From: Ardenticatenales bacterium
GTDB taxonomy: Bacteria > Chloroflexota > Anaerolineae > Epilineales > Epilineaceae
Direction: 5' to 3'
DNA length: 64,000 nucleotides
NCBI GenBank assembly: GCA_020853525.1
Contig: JADYYS010000005.1
Location: 55,262-119,261 of the forward strand
The notes beneath the pieces were generated by a model. The model was not told where the DNA came from. It did no database searches and saw nothing but the letters and a program-made list of their open reading frames with translations. Position 1 is the stretch's first letter. Each line of letters begins with the position of its first letter. The translations under genes and the position numbers were made by a program. Of this stretch, positions 9,242 through 19,220 are shown piece after piece.

Positions 9242-9791
9242 CGAAGGCCACGAGGCGGTCGGGCGCGATGTCGCGCAGGAACGGCAGCGCCGCATCCTTG
9301 TCGGACACGATCGGTGACGTGGAGGGCCACGGGATCGCGAGGTCGGGGTCGTCCCACCGAACGCCGAACTCCGCGGCAGCGGCGTAGCCATCCGTACACT
9401 TGTAGCTGAAGACCGCCGACTCGGTTCGGACGAGGAAGCCGTGCGCGAATCCGGCCGGCACCCAGAACTGGCGGAGCGTCTCGCCGCTCAGCTCGACGGC
9501 CGCCCACTTGCCGAACGTCGGCGAGCCGCGGCGCACGTCCACCGCCACGTCCCACACGGTGCCTTCGAGCACGGTCACGAGCTTGCCCTGCGGTCGCGGG
9601 TTCTGGACGTGCAGCCCGCGCAGCACGTCGCGCCCCGAACGAGAGACGTTGTCCTGCACGAACGTCGACGGCAGACCGAGCGCGGCGTAGCGTTCGGCCT
9701 GCCATGTCTCGACGAACCAGCCCCGGCCGTCGCGGAAGACGCGCGGTTCGAGGATCAGCACGCCCGGGAGAGCCGTTGGAATGACGTTCAC
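9234..9791 (-). CDS. rmlC: dTDP-4-dehydrorhamnose 3,5-epimerase
   Basis: Cupin epimerase signature: LILEPRVFRDGRGWFVETW...RGLHVQ...GKLVTVLEGTVWDVAVDVRRGSPTFGKW...VPAGFAHGF. GTG start at 9791 gives 185 aa. Confidence 0.9.
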   Translation of the reverse strand: MNVIPTALPGVLILEPRVFRDGRGWFVETWQAERYAALGLPSTFVQDNVSRSGRDVLRGLHVQNPRPQGKLVTVLEGTVWDVAVDVRRGSPTFGKWAAVELSGETLRQFWVPAGFAHGFLVRTESAVFSYKCTDGYAAAAEFGVRWDDPDLAIPWPSTSPIVSDKDAALPFLRDIAPDRLVAFDG

Positions 9792-9858
9792 GATCGGCGA
9801 TTCTATCGCGTTGGGCCGCTGTCTCCTAGTACACCACCACCGGACATGCGCGGAGTGG

Positions 9859-11892
9859 CTACCGGAGCGCGGATCCTGGAGATTCTGCTGTGGTTGTGGA
9901 CGTGCCGGCGGCGGCCGAACCGATGGCCAGGCCGCCCACGTGCTGGATGGCCAGCACGGACGGGCGCGGCGGCGCCGTGCCGTCCGGGAAGAGGCTCGAC
10001 GGCGCCGCGAACGTGCTGCCTTCGCCCGGGTGCTGGATGGAAAGGAAGAGCGTGGTGTCGTTGGGCGTGAACGCGTGGCCCGTAACCTCGGCGCCGGCCA
10101 CGGCGCTGAAGAACCGCCGCACCCGGCCGCGCTCCGGACCGTCGACCGACACGACGAACAGCCCGTCGTTGATGCCGAACGCCTCGGCCTGCCCATCCGT
10201 GGCAATCCAGAGGTTGCCCGCGTGATCGAACGCCAGGTTGTCCGGGCAGCTGATCCGCGAGATCCCCCCGGTGGTCGGGTAGCCGGCGAAGTACGTCGTC
10301 GGATCCGCCGGGTCGCCGCAGACCAGGAAGAGCTGCCACCGGAATCGCCGCCCGGCGTGATCGTCTCCGTCCTCGATCAGCTCGATCACGTGCCCGTGCT
10401 TGTTCTCGACCCGCGGGTTCGCGGGGTCCACCTTGGGCTGGCCGGGTACACCGCGCTGGGCATTCTTCGTGAGGGCGATGTAGACCGTGCCGTCCGGCGC
10501 GATCTCGATGTCCTCCGGCCGATCCATCTTCGTCGCACCGACGAGATCGGCGGACTTGAGCGTGTTGATCAAGACGTCGCCCTGTGTGGGAAGACCGTTG
10601 ACGCTCGTAAGCGGACCCTGCCCATGCACGAGCGGCAGCCAGTCACCGCTCCCGTTCGCGTTGAAGCGCGCCACGTGCAGCGTTCCCTCGTCGAGCAAGT
10701 CGCGGTTGGCCGTGCGGTCGTGCGGGTTGAAACGGCCGCGGGTCACGAACTTGTAGACGTACTCAAAAGCCGTATCGTCACCGGAGTACAGCGCCACCTG
10801 CCCCCCCCGGGCGACGACGGAGTTCGCCGCCTCGCGCCGCATCCGACCGAGTGCCGTCCGTTTGCGCGGCACCCACTTGGGATCGTACGGATCGACCTCG
10901 ACGACCCAGCCGAAGCGATAGGGTTCGTGCGGGTGGCGGCCGAGGTCGAACCGGTCATCGTGCCTCTCCCATGCCCACTTGGAAGCGCCGATCGCGACCC
11001 CTGAGCGGGCATGATTGAGCAAGTCCTCGTCGTCGCCTGTCAGGCTCCGACGGTTGCCGAACGCGTCATGGAAGTTCTCCTCGGCGGAGAGCACCGTCCC
11101 CCACGGCGTGCGCCCGGCGGAGCAGTTGGCGAACGTGCCGCGCACGGTGCGGCCGAGCGGGTCGGCCGCCGTGCGCAACAGACGGTGTCCAAGCGCCGGA
11201 CCGGTGAGCTGGCACTCCGTTGTGCCGGTGATCCGCCGGTTGTATGGGCTGCCGAGCACCGGTCGCCACTCACCCCCTTCATGGACGACCTCAACGATCG
11301 ACAGGCCAAGGCTCTCGAGCTGCACGGCCACCTGCTGGGCGGTCGGCAGCGCGGCGTTGTAGTTCGGAAACATCAGCTCGGGATTCGTGTACTCGTGGTT
11401 CACCACGAGCAGTCCGCGCCGCCACGACTCGGAGGTCCGCGGGAGCGGAAAGTAGCCGACGAAGTCACAGTTGTAGCCGAACTGGCGCGCCTGCGCCGCG
11501 GCCGTCTGCCGCAGCGGGTCGAACGCCGGCGCATCGGGGAACAACGGGTCGCCCCACCGTAGGAGGACCGAGGCGCGATGCCCATCGGCCAGCGCCATCC
11601 GGTCGCCGGTCGTGCTCGCCACGTGCCCGAAGCCAAGCCGGCTCTCGGCCGAGGGTACGACGCGGTTGTGGACGGTCGGCAGGTAGATCGTGAGCCCCGC
11701 CATGGCCGTGCTGCGCAGGAAGTCACGTCGCGACCAGCGTCGCGCGACGACGTCGGCGAACGGTTCGCCCGTTCCACCCGCGCTCAACACCCCGTCGTCC
11801 GGCTCTTCGATCTCGATGTCAGGCATCGGGTGTGGTCGTCCACGCGGCGGGGTGATGAATCGTACGCGATCCATGATCGCGCTCGCTGTCAT
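9859..11892 (-). CDS. phoX: PhoX-family (DUF839) alkaline phosphatase with a twin-arginine signal
   Basis: Tat motif SRRDFLRST. PhoX-typical segments: RWGDPLFPDAPAFDP, QFGYNCDFVGYFPL, LLVVNHEYTNPELMF, IQHPGE. Start is ATG 11892 or ATG 11826. Confidence 0.8.
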   Translation of the reverse strand: MTASAIMDRVRFITPPRGRPHPMPDIEIEEPDDGVLSAGGTGEPFADVVARRWSRRDFLRSTAMAGLTIYLPTVHNRVVPSAESRLGFGHVASTTGDRMALADGHRASVLLRWGDPLFPDAPAFDPLRQTAAAQARQFGYNCDFVGYFPLPRTSESWRRGLLVVNHEYTNPELMFPNYNAALPTAQQVAVQLESLGLSIVEVVHEGGEWRPVLGSPYNRRITGTTECQLTGPALGHRLLRTAADPLGRTVRGTFANCSAGRTPWGTVLSAEENFHDAFGNRRSLTGDDEDLLNHARSGVAIGASKWAWERHDDRFDLGRHPHEPYRFGWVVEVDPYDPKWVPRKRTALGRMRREAANSVVARGGQVALYSGDDTAFEYVYKFVTRGRFNPHDRTANRDLLDEGTLHVARFNANGSGDWLPLVHGQGPLTSVNGLPTQGDVLINTLKSADLVGATKMDRPEDIEIAPDGTVYIALTKNAQRGVPGQPKVDPANPRVENKHGHVIELIEDGDDHAGRRFRWQLFLVCGDPADPTTYFAGYPTTGGISRISCPDNLAFDHAGNLWIATDGQAEAFGINDGLFVVSVDGPERGRVRRFFSAVAGAEVTGHAFTPNDTTLFLSIQHPGEGSTFAAPSSLFPDGTAPPRPSVLAIQHVGGLAIGSAAAGTSTTTAESPGSALR

Positions 11893-11916
11893 TCCGACAT
11901 TCGATCGGCGGCACGG

Positions 11917-11945
11917 AGTTTAGGCGCCTGCCAAACGTCGGTCAA
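11917..11945 (-). promoter_or_regulatory. Sigma-70-like promoter candidate for phoX (TTGACC-17 nt-TAAACT)
   Basis: On the minus strand: -35 TTGACC (11945-11940), 17-nt spacer, -10 TAAACT (11922-11917), about 25 nt upstream of ATG 11892. Confidence 0.4.
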
Positions 11946-12201
11946 CGCCCTCTCTCCGCCCCAACGGACGATCGACTGTCGCCATTGCGACCTCCCGACC
12001 CGACGCCACGACGACGCGATGCCACGGCTGGGCCACCAGCGCTCCGCCGCGGCATCTTGCCGGTCGCGGCGATTGGCATACACTCAGGCGCGGCGCCGGG
12101 CAATGCCTGGCGCTGATCGTGTTCGCTCCGCGCGCGGGTGGACATTCGGGTCGTCGGACCTGCCCGCCATACGGTGAACCCGCCACAAGGTGACCCCAAC
12201 C

Positions 12202-13614
<1,413 letters not shown>

Positions 13615-13707
13615 GCACGACTTGCCGTCGGCACAACGGGCGCGTTCGAATCCGAGTTCGCGTCATCGCGCCGAACATACGCTGCATGCGATCGTCGAGC
13701 AGAGACG

Positions 13708-13748
13708 AGCGAAATGGGCCGGCGCACGTGGCGCCGGCCCATTTCGCT
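13708..13748. terminator. 18-bp perfect GC-rich hairpin between convergent gdh and the giant surface-protein gene (candidate bidirectional terminator)
   Basis: agcgaaatgggccggcgc-acgtg-gcgccggcccatttcgct read directly. There is no clear U-tract on either strand. Confidence 0.5.
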
Positions 13749-13779
13749 TGCTGCGCGATTGCGCGGTCGCGCTGCGCGA

Positions 13780-16700
13780 TCAGCGCTTGAAGCGGTAGCC
13801 GAACGGAAGGTAGATCTGGTTGCCGCCGGTCGTCGGCGGTCGCGTCGGCGTCGGGACCGGGCCGACGGAGTCGCCGGTCTCGGCCACGAGGATGTGGCCG
13901 TTGGTGGTGTCCGTCTCGATCCGGACGCCGCTCACGTCGGCCATCGACCAGTCCGCCCGCGGCGGTACGTCGCCGACGCCGAAGCTGAACGCGCCGGTCG
14001 GATCCGAGCCGCGATCGAAACCGATCGTCCGCCCGCTCGCGAGCCGCAGGTAGACGCGGATCTGGCGATCCGCCGTCGTCGTGCCGCGGATCGTGCTGGC
14101 GGGGCCGGGGCTCCAGTCGAAGTCGAGCTCCTCGACGGCGATGTCGGCCGTGTCGCCGCTGGCCTCGAGGTGGACCGTCATGCCGGGCTCCAGCGACAGC
14201 GCCTGACCGCCGGCGTCCTTGACGCGGACGTCGAACCGCCCGGCGGCGTTGGCCACACCGGCCGCGTTGCCGCGTGCGGTGCCGTCCGCCGCCTTGACCG
14301 TCACGACCACCGGACTCGACGGCAGCGCCTGGCCGGCGACGCGGTCCGTGTGGACGTAGACCTCGCCGCGCGCGCGGTACGCGTGGCGATAGACGTAATG
14401 CCCGTCGGCGGTGAACATCCCGATCTCGAAGCCGTCGCCCGGATCGCGCTGGAATCCGGGGATCGGCTGGAACTGGAACCGGCCCTGGGCATTCGTCAGC
14501 GCGAACTGCACGCCCCCACCGCCGCCGGGGCCGCCCCCGCCCGGCCCGCCGCCGGTGAGGTCGAGGCACCCGCCGGCCGGGAACTTGCGCAAGACGATGG
14601 TGCCGGCCGGGAGCGTGCCGGTGAGCTGCCCGGTCGTCCAGTTCACCGAGACCGTGAGCGGGGGCAGCGTGACGCTGACGTCCTTTGCCCCGAGCTTGGC
14701 CTTGACGATCTGGCCCGCCGCCGTCGTGACCGCCGCGCCACCCTTGGTCAATTCGAAGTCGAACTGCGAGTTGTAGCCGGCCGGCCCCTCGGCATGACCG
14801 AGTGCCGCACCACCGGCGTCGCTCAGATCCGCCGTCACGGCATCACGCGGCGCCCCGACGAGGCCGCAGGCGTGGCTGCCGCCGTGCTGGGCGACCAGGA
14901 TCGGCACGTAGCGCGTCATCGAGACGCGGTGGCCGATCGGCACGCGGTAGATCAGGTTGGCCCGCGAGCCGGGCTGGACGTTGTAGGGAGGTTGGAAGCT
15001 CTGCGTCCACGTCCCGTCGGCATTGATCGTCGGTTCGGCGTTGCGGTTGCCGCCGAAGCCGCCCCCGCCCCCGCCCGGCCCGCCGCCGATGACCGGCCGC
15101 GCGATCGCGTCGCCGACGTTCAGCTCCAGGTGGCCGCCGGGCGTCGCCCGCCCGGAGACGCTGTTCGCCTCCTCGTCGAACGCCACGGTAAGCTCGGGAA
15201 TCGTCATCTCGAGCGTCTCGGCCGGCGCTCCGGCCGGGACGACGCGGACGATGTCGCCCTGCTTGGGACGAACGCGCTCGCCCGTGCCGTCGACCATCGT
15301 CACGGAGAAGATCGCGTCGACGTCCGTCTTGGCCGAGCCGGTGTACAGCGTCCGGCCGCCCGAGAGGACGGTGACGGCGACATCCGCTAGCGGCCGCCAC
15401 GACCCGACGAGCGTGCCGGTGTCGAGGTCGAGGCGCAGGCCGGGCACGAAGATCTGGCTGAGGATCGTATGGCCGCCCTCGTCGATGTTGAACGTGATGC
15501 TGTCGTTGTGCTGGAGGTCGAACGTGCCGCTGAAGCTGTGGCTGAAGTTCCCGGTGCCATCCGAGACCGCCTCGGCCGTCGCGTCGTCGCCGATGAGCGG
15601 CCGGACGACGTCGATGCCGACGGTCTTGCCCGGCGCGGTGACGCCGTTCACGAGGTCATCGGCCACGAACGCGACGCCGCGCAGCTCGGGGACGACGAGG
15701 TTGAACACGTCGTCGCCGACGGTCGCGCGCAGTGTGTCCCCGACCTGGATCCGCACGGGCTGGTCGGTCGTGTCGGTCAGGTTTACGAACCAGTTGCCGC
15801 CAAAACCGCCTCCTCCGCCGCCGCCGGGGCCGCCGCCGCCCCCGCCGATGTTCGCCAGGCCCGTCGCCACGACGACGCCCTTGTTGTCCACCAGCTGCAG
15901 GCTCGCCGAGCGGCTGGTGGGTCCGTTGCCGCTGACGAACGTGTCGTTGATCTCGAGCGACATCCGCACCGCCGCCCACGACGAGACGAGTTCGTGGCCG
16001 CTCAGCAGGCGGACCGCCACCTCGCCCGCCATCGGGTCGTCGATGTCCAGCGTGCCGGCAAAGTCAGCCACGTACCGACCGGAGGTGTCGACGGGCACGG
16101 TCTTGCGGGTCGTCTGGCCGCCCAGCTGGCGCGACACCGTCACGGTCGTGCCGGCCGGCGCCTCACCGGAAACGCGGTCGGAGGCCTTGTCCGTCATCGC
16201 CGTGACGTTGCCCACCGGAATGATGATCGGATCGCCCGCCACGAAGTTCACCTCGACGCGGTCGCCGACGGCGATCGCGTTCGCCCCGCCGAAGGCGACG
16301 CCGTACGCGCCGGCGTTGTTCGAGACATCGTCGTCGATGGCCTTCTGCGTGCCGTTGGCCGCGCGCAGCGTGACGGTGACGAGCGTGCCGGGATCCGCCA
16401 CGCCTGTCACCTGGCTCGTGTGGATCCCGACGCGGACCTGCTCGATCGCGTCGATCGTCACGATCGTGAGGCCGGGCGCCACCTCGACCCCGACGCGGAT
16501 GCGCCAGCCCGGTCCGATCGGGTCCGTGCCCGGCATCGTCACGTTGAAGGTGCCGTCGGCGGCGGTCGTCGCCGTGGCCGTGGGCGGCGTGCCGCCGAAC
16601 GGCGAGAGCGCCTCGACCGTCACCTTCATGCCGGCCGGTGCGCGGCCGGCCACCTTGCGATCCGAGGTCGACACCTGATCGATATACACTGCCGGCGCGA

Positions 16701-17640
16701 CGCCGCGCAGCGTGCGGGTGCCGCCGGGAAGGGCGCTCGTGACCGTCACGGTGACGGTGTCGCCAACGCGCAGCGGCTGCAGCGCGGTCGGCCCCCCGCC
16801 ACCGCCGCCGCCCCCGCCTCCCCCGCCGGCGGCAACGTTCCAGTTCGCCGTCGGCCGCACGGTGGCGACCTGTCCGCGACCGCGCGCAGCCCCGTTCGGG
16901 GCGCTGAAGCCGACGTTCACCCGGTCGCCCGGCGTCACCGAGCCACTGATCGCCCGCGCGCCGATGGCCGCCGTGGCGCTGAGAGCCACGTAGCGGGCCG
17001 AGAACTTGTTGCCGTCCGCGGTCGTGATCGTCGCCTGGCCGCCGTGACCGGCGACCAGGTCACGGCCGGCAAACGTGGTGTTGAACGTTCCGTCCGCGGC
17101 GGCCGTGACGGTGTTCGTCATCGCCGCCGTCACGTCCGGCCCGGCGTTCAGCACCACTTCGACGCTTGCGCCGGCCGGCGCCTTGCCGACGACCTTGTCG
17201 CCGTCGATATCGATGTCGGCCGCCAGGTCGGGCACGGCCGCGGTCTGCTCGGCAGCGCCCTGGGGTGTCAGGGCGATCGTGTAGCCGCTGTTGATGAACG
17301 GTCCGCGGTTGTTGCCGCCGCCCATGCCGCCACCCGCACCTCCGAATTGGATCCGGACGAACCCCTGCGCATCCGACACGCTCGGCTGCCCGTTGGCGCG
17401 AACGGTGGTCCCCTCGCGCAACTGGGCCTGCACGACGGTCGACGGTGTCGTCCGCCATGTCAGCGCATTGTCGTGCATCGACGCGCCGATGCCCGTCGCC
17501 GCTTGAACGGTTTGCTGCTGCGTCATCGCCATGGCCGGAGCCGACGGCCCTTGCCATGGCGTGGCACCGGCGCTGACGGCGCCGACTACGGCCACGGGTA
17601 ACATCAGACGCAGCACACGCCACGCGGTGGGTCGGAGCAT
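13780..17640 (-). CDS. Giant secreted repeat protein (1286 aa): bacterial Ig-like/beta-sandwich repeats interrupted by five poly-glycine tracts
   Basis: ATG 17640 is preceded by AGAGG. Signal peptide MLRPTAWRVLRLMLPVAVVGAVSAGA. Recurring repeat starts: VVGKAPAGASVEVV, VAGRAPAGMKVTVE, VSGEAPAGTTVTVS, VNGVTAPGKTVGIDVV, VSGRATPGGHLELNV. Gly runs of up to 12. Ends PTPTRPPTTGGNQIYLPFGYRFKR. Confidence 0.7.
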   Translation of the reverse strand: MLRPTAWRVLRLMLPVAVVGAVSAGATPWQGPSAPAMAMTQQQTVQAATGIGASMHDNALTWRTTPSTVVQAQLREGTTVRANGQPSVSDAQGFVRIQFGGAGGGMGGGNNRGPFINSGYTIALTPQGAAEQTAAVPDLAADIDIDGDKVVGKAPAGASVEVVLNAGPDVTAAMTNTVTAAADGTFNTTFAGRDLVAGHGGQATITTADGNKFSARYVALSATAAIGARAISGSVTPGDRVNVGFSAPNGAARGRGQVATVRPTANWNVAAGGGGGGGGGGGGPTALQPLRVGDTVTVTVTSALPGGTRTLRGVAPAVYIDQVSTSDRKVAGRAPAGMKVTVEALSPFGGTPPTATATTAADGTFNVTMPGTDPIGPGWRIRVGVEVAPGLTIVTIDAIEQVRVGIHTSQVTGVADPGTLVTVTLRAANGTQKAIDDDVSNNAGAYGVAFGGANAIAVGDRVEVNFVAGDPIIIPVGNVTAMTDKASDRVSGEAPAGTTVTVSRQLGGQTTRKTVPVDTSGRYVADFAGTLDIDDPMAGEVAVRLLSGHELVSSWAAVRMSLEINDTFVSGNGPTSRSASLQLVDNKGVVVATGLANIGGGGGGPGGGGGGGFGGNWFVNLTDTTDQPVRIQVGDTLRATVGDDVFNLVVPELRGVAFVADDLVNGVTAPGKTVGIDVVRPLIGDDATAEAVSDGTGNFSHSFSGTFDLQHNDSITFNIDEGGHTILSQIFVPGLRLDLDTGTLVGSWRPLADVAVTVLSGGRTLYTGSAKTDVDAIFSVTMVDGTGERVRPKQGDIVRVVPAGAPAETLEMTIPELTVAFDEEANSVSGRATPGGHLELNVGDAIARPVIGGGPGGGGGGFGGNRNAEPTINADGTWTQSFQPPYNVQPGSRANLIYRVPIGHRVSMTRYVPILVAQHGGSHACGLVGAPRDAVTADLSDAGGAALGHAEGPAGYNSQFDFELTKGGAAVTTAAGQIVKAKLGAKDVSVTLPPLTVSVNWTTGQLTGTLPAGTIVLRKFPAGGCLDLTGGGPGGGGPGGGGGVQFALTNAQGRFQFQPIPGFQRDPGDGFEIGMFTADGHYVYRHAYRARGEVYVHTDRVAGQALPSSPVVVTVKAADGTARGNAAGVANAAGRFDVRVKDAGGQALSLEPGMTVHLEASGDTADIAVEELDFDWSPGPASTIRGTTTADRQIRVYLRLASGRTIGFDRGSDPTGAFSFGVGDVPPRADWSMADVSGVRIETDTTNGHILVAETGDSVGPVPTPTRPPTTGGNQIYLPFGYRFKR

Positions 17641-17651
17641 CGGGAGCCTCT

Positions 17652-17683
17652 TTCTGTGTGGGTCGGATTCTGTGTGGGTCGGA
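17652..17683 (-). repeat. Perfect 16-bp tandem direct repeat (2 x ttctgtgtgggtcgga) in the leader, immediately upstream of the giant protein's RBS
   Basis: Read directly. The repeat ends 12 nt from ATG 17640. It is a candidate regulator-binding or leader element. Confidence 0.6.
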
Positions 17684-17884
17684 CCGGGTCGACAGGAACC
17701 GGCGATCGGGAAGCGGGGACACCGTCTCAGGACGTGCAGCAACGGCGCCGGCAGCGGGCGCACGACGGACTTGCCCCGTCCGGATGTCGCACTAGGCTGC
17801 CATAACGCCAAGCGGTGTGCGCAGGCTAGTCAGGCTTCGGACCAAATTGTAAAGAATCCGTAAACGCGCGCATAGGACGGGCAG

Positions 17885-19147
17885 TTACCGCAACCACGCG
17901 ACCCGAACGGCCGCAGCCAGCGACGCGGGCGCTGACGTCAGCCGTTCCGGCGACGGTGTCGAACCTTGGTACAGCCCGTTCCGCCCGCCGCCGCGTCCAT
18001 CGAGCACCGCAAACAACGTGTCGGCGACGGCCCGCATGCGTCGATCGTCCGTGGTGGCGGCGGATGCGATGACGACGCGCCCGTCCGGAGCCGTCCCTCC
18101 GGCGACGACGACGACGGATTCCGGCCGCAGCGCGGTTACGGCGCGCGCGATCGCCGTCAGCCGCGCCGCCGAGGCGCTCGCTTCATGGGCGATCAGCATC
18201 GTCGGCGGGTCGTCCGGCGAGGGCTCGGCCCGTGCTCCGTCATCGCGCATCAGGGCAATGCGCTCGGCGGTCAACCGAACGATCTCCGCCTCAAGCTCGT
18301 CCGCTCGGCGCTCCGCCGCTGCCAGGCGCTCCCCCCGCGCCCGCATCGCGTCGAGGAGGGCGTCGTCGGCGGCGCCGAGTGCCCGCCGAAGCGCCGCCGT
18401 GCGCGCCTCGTGCTCCGCCAGGCGCCGCCGGACGCGGCCGCCGGCCACCCAGGTCAGCCGCATGCCGCCGCGCAGCCGCTCCGCCCCCAACAGCGACAAC
18501 GCCTCGACCTCGGCCGTGTTGGCGACGTGCGTACCGCCGCACGTCGCGACGTCGAGCGTGCCGATGGAGACGAGGCGGACCGGACCGCTGTGTGCCTCGG
18601 GCAGGCCGCGGGACCGAACCGCACGCCCGCCGAGATCCGCCCGATCTACGTACGTGCTCCCCACGGCGTGGGCCGCGCGCAGCTCGCTCGCCACCGCCGC
18701 CTCGAGCGCATCGAGCTCGTCCCGACCGAGCTCGCGCACGGCGACCTCGATGTCCGACGTCTCCGGACCGAGGTGGAATGCCGTCGTCTGCCAGCCGAAC
18801 CGATCGGCGGCGACCGCTGTCAGGACGTGCTGCCCGGTGTGCTGCTGCATGTGGTCGAATCGGCGGGCCCAGTCCAGCTCGACGCGAACCGGGGCGTTCG
18901 TCGCGGGACAAGCCGCACCGGCTTCCAGGACGTGGCGGACGACGCCCGCCACCCGCTGTACGTCGGTGACGAGCCGGCCGTCGACCGAGCCGCGGTCGGA
19001 AGGCTGGCCGCCCCCCTCCGGGTAGAGGACGGTGTCGACGAGCTCGACCCACGGGCCGTGGACGTCGTCGCCGCACGCGGCGACGGTGGTCTCGATCGCG
19101 GTACGATACGGTTCGCGCAGGTAGGCGGCGGGAACGTGGGCTGCCAT
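17885..19147 (-). CDS. alaX: Alanyl-tRNA editing protein (AlaX-L type, Ala/Thr-tRNA synthetase second additional domain)
   Basis: N-terminal LYPEGGGQPSDRG. Zinc motifs HMQQHTGQHVL and CGGTHV. Confidence 0.8.
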   Translation of the reverse strand: MAAHVPAAYLREPYRTAIETTVAACGDDVHGPWVELVDTVLYPEGGGQPSDRGSVDGRLVTDVQRVAGVVRHVLEAGAACPATNAPVRVELDWARRFDHMQQHTGQHVLTAVAADRFGWQTTAFHLGPETSDIEVAVRELGRDELDALEAAVASELRAAHAVGSTYVDRADLGGRAVRSRGLPEAHSGPVRLVSIGTLDVATCGGTHVANTAEVEALSLLGAERLRGGMRLTWVAGGRVRRRLAEHEARTAALRRALGAADDALLDAMRARGERLAAAERRADELEAEIVRLTAERIALMRDDGARAEPSPDDPPTMLIAHEASASAARLTAIARAVTALRPESVVVVAGGTAPDGRVVIASAATTDDRRMRAVADTLFAVLDGRGGGRNGLYQGSTPSPERLTSAPASLAAAVRVAWLR

Positions 19148-19220
19148 GCGTTGGCCTCGCGGGTGGGTGTCGATATGCGCGCGGGAAGCTGGCTCGGCCC
19201 GGTGTTATACTGCCCGACGG

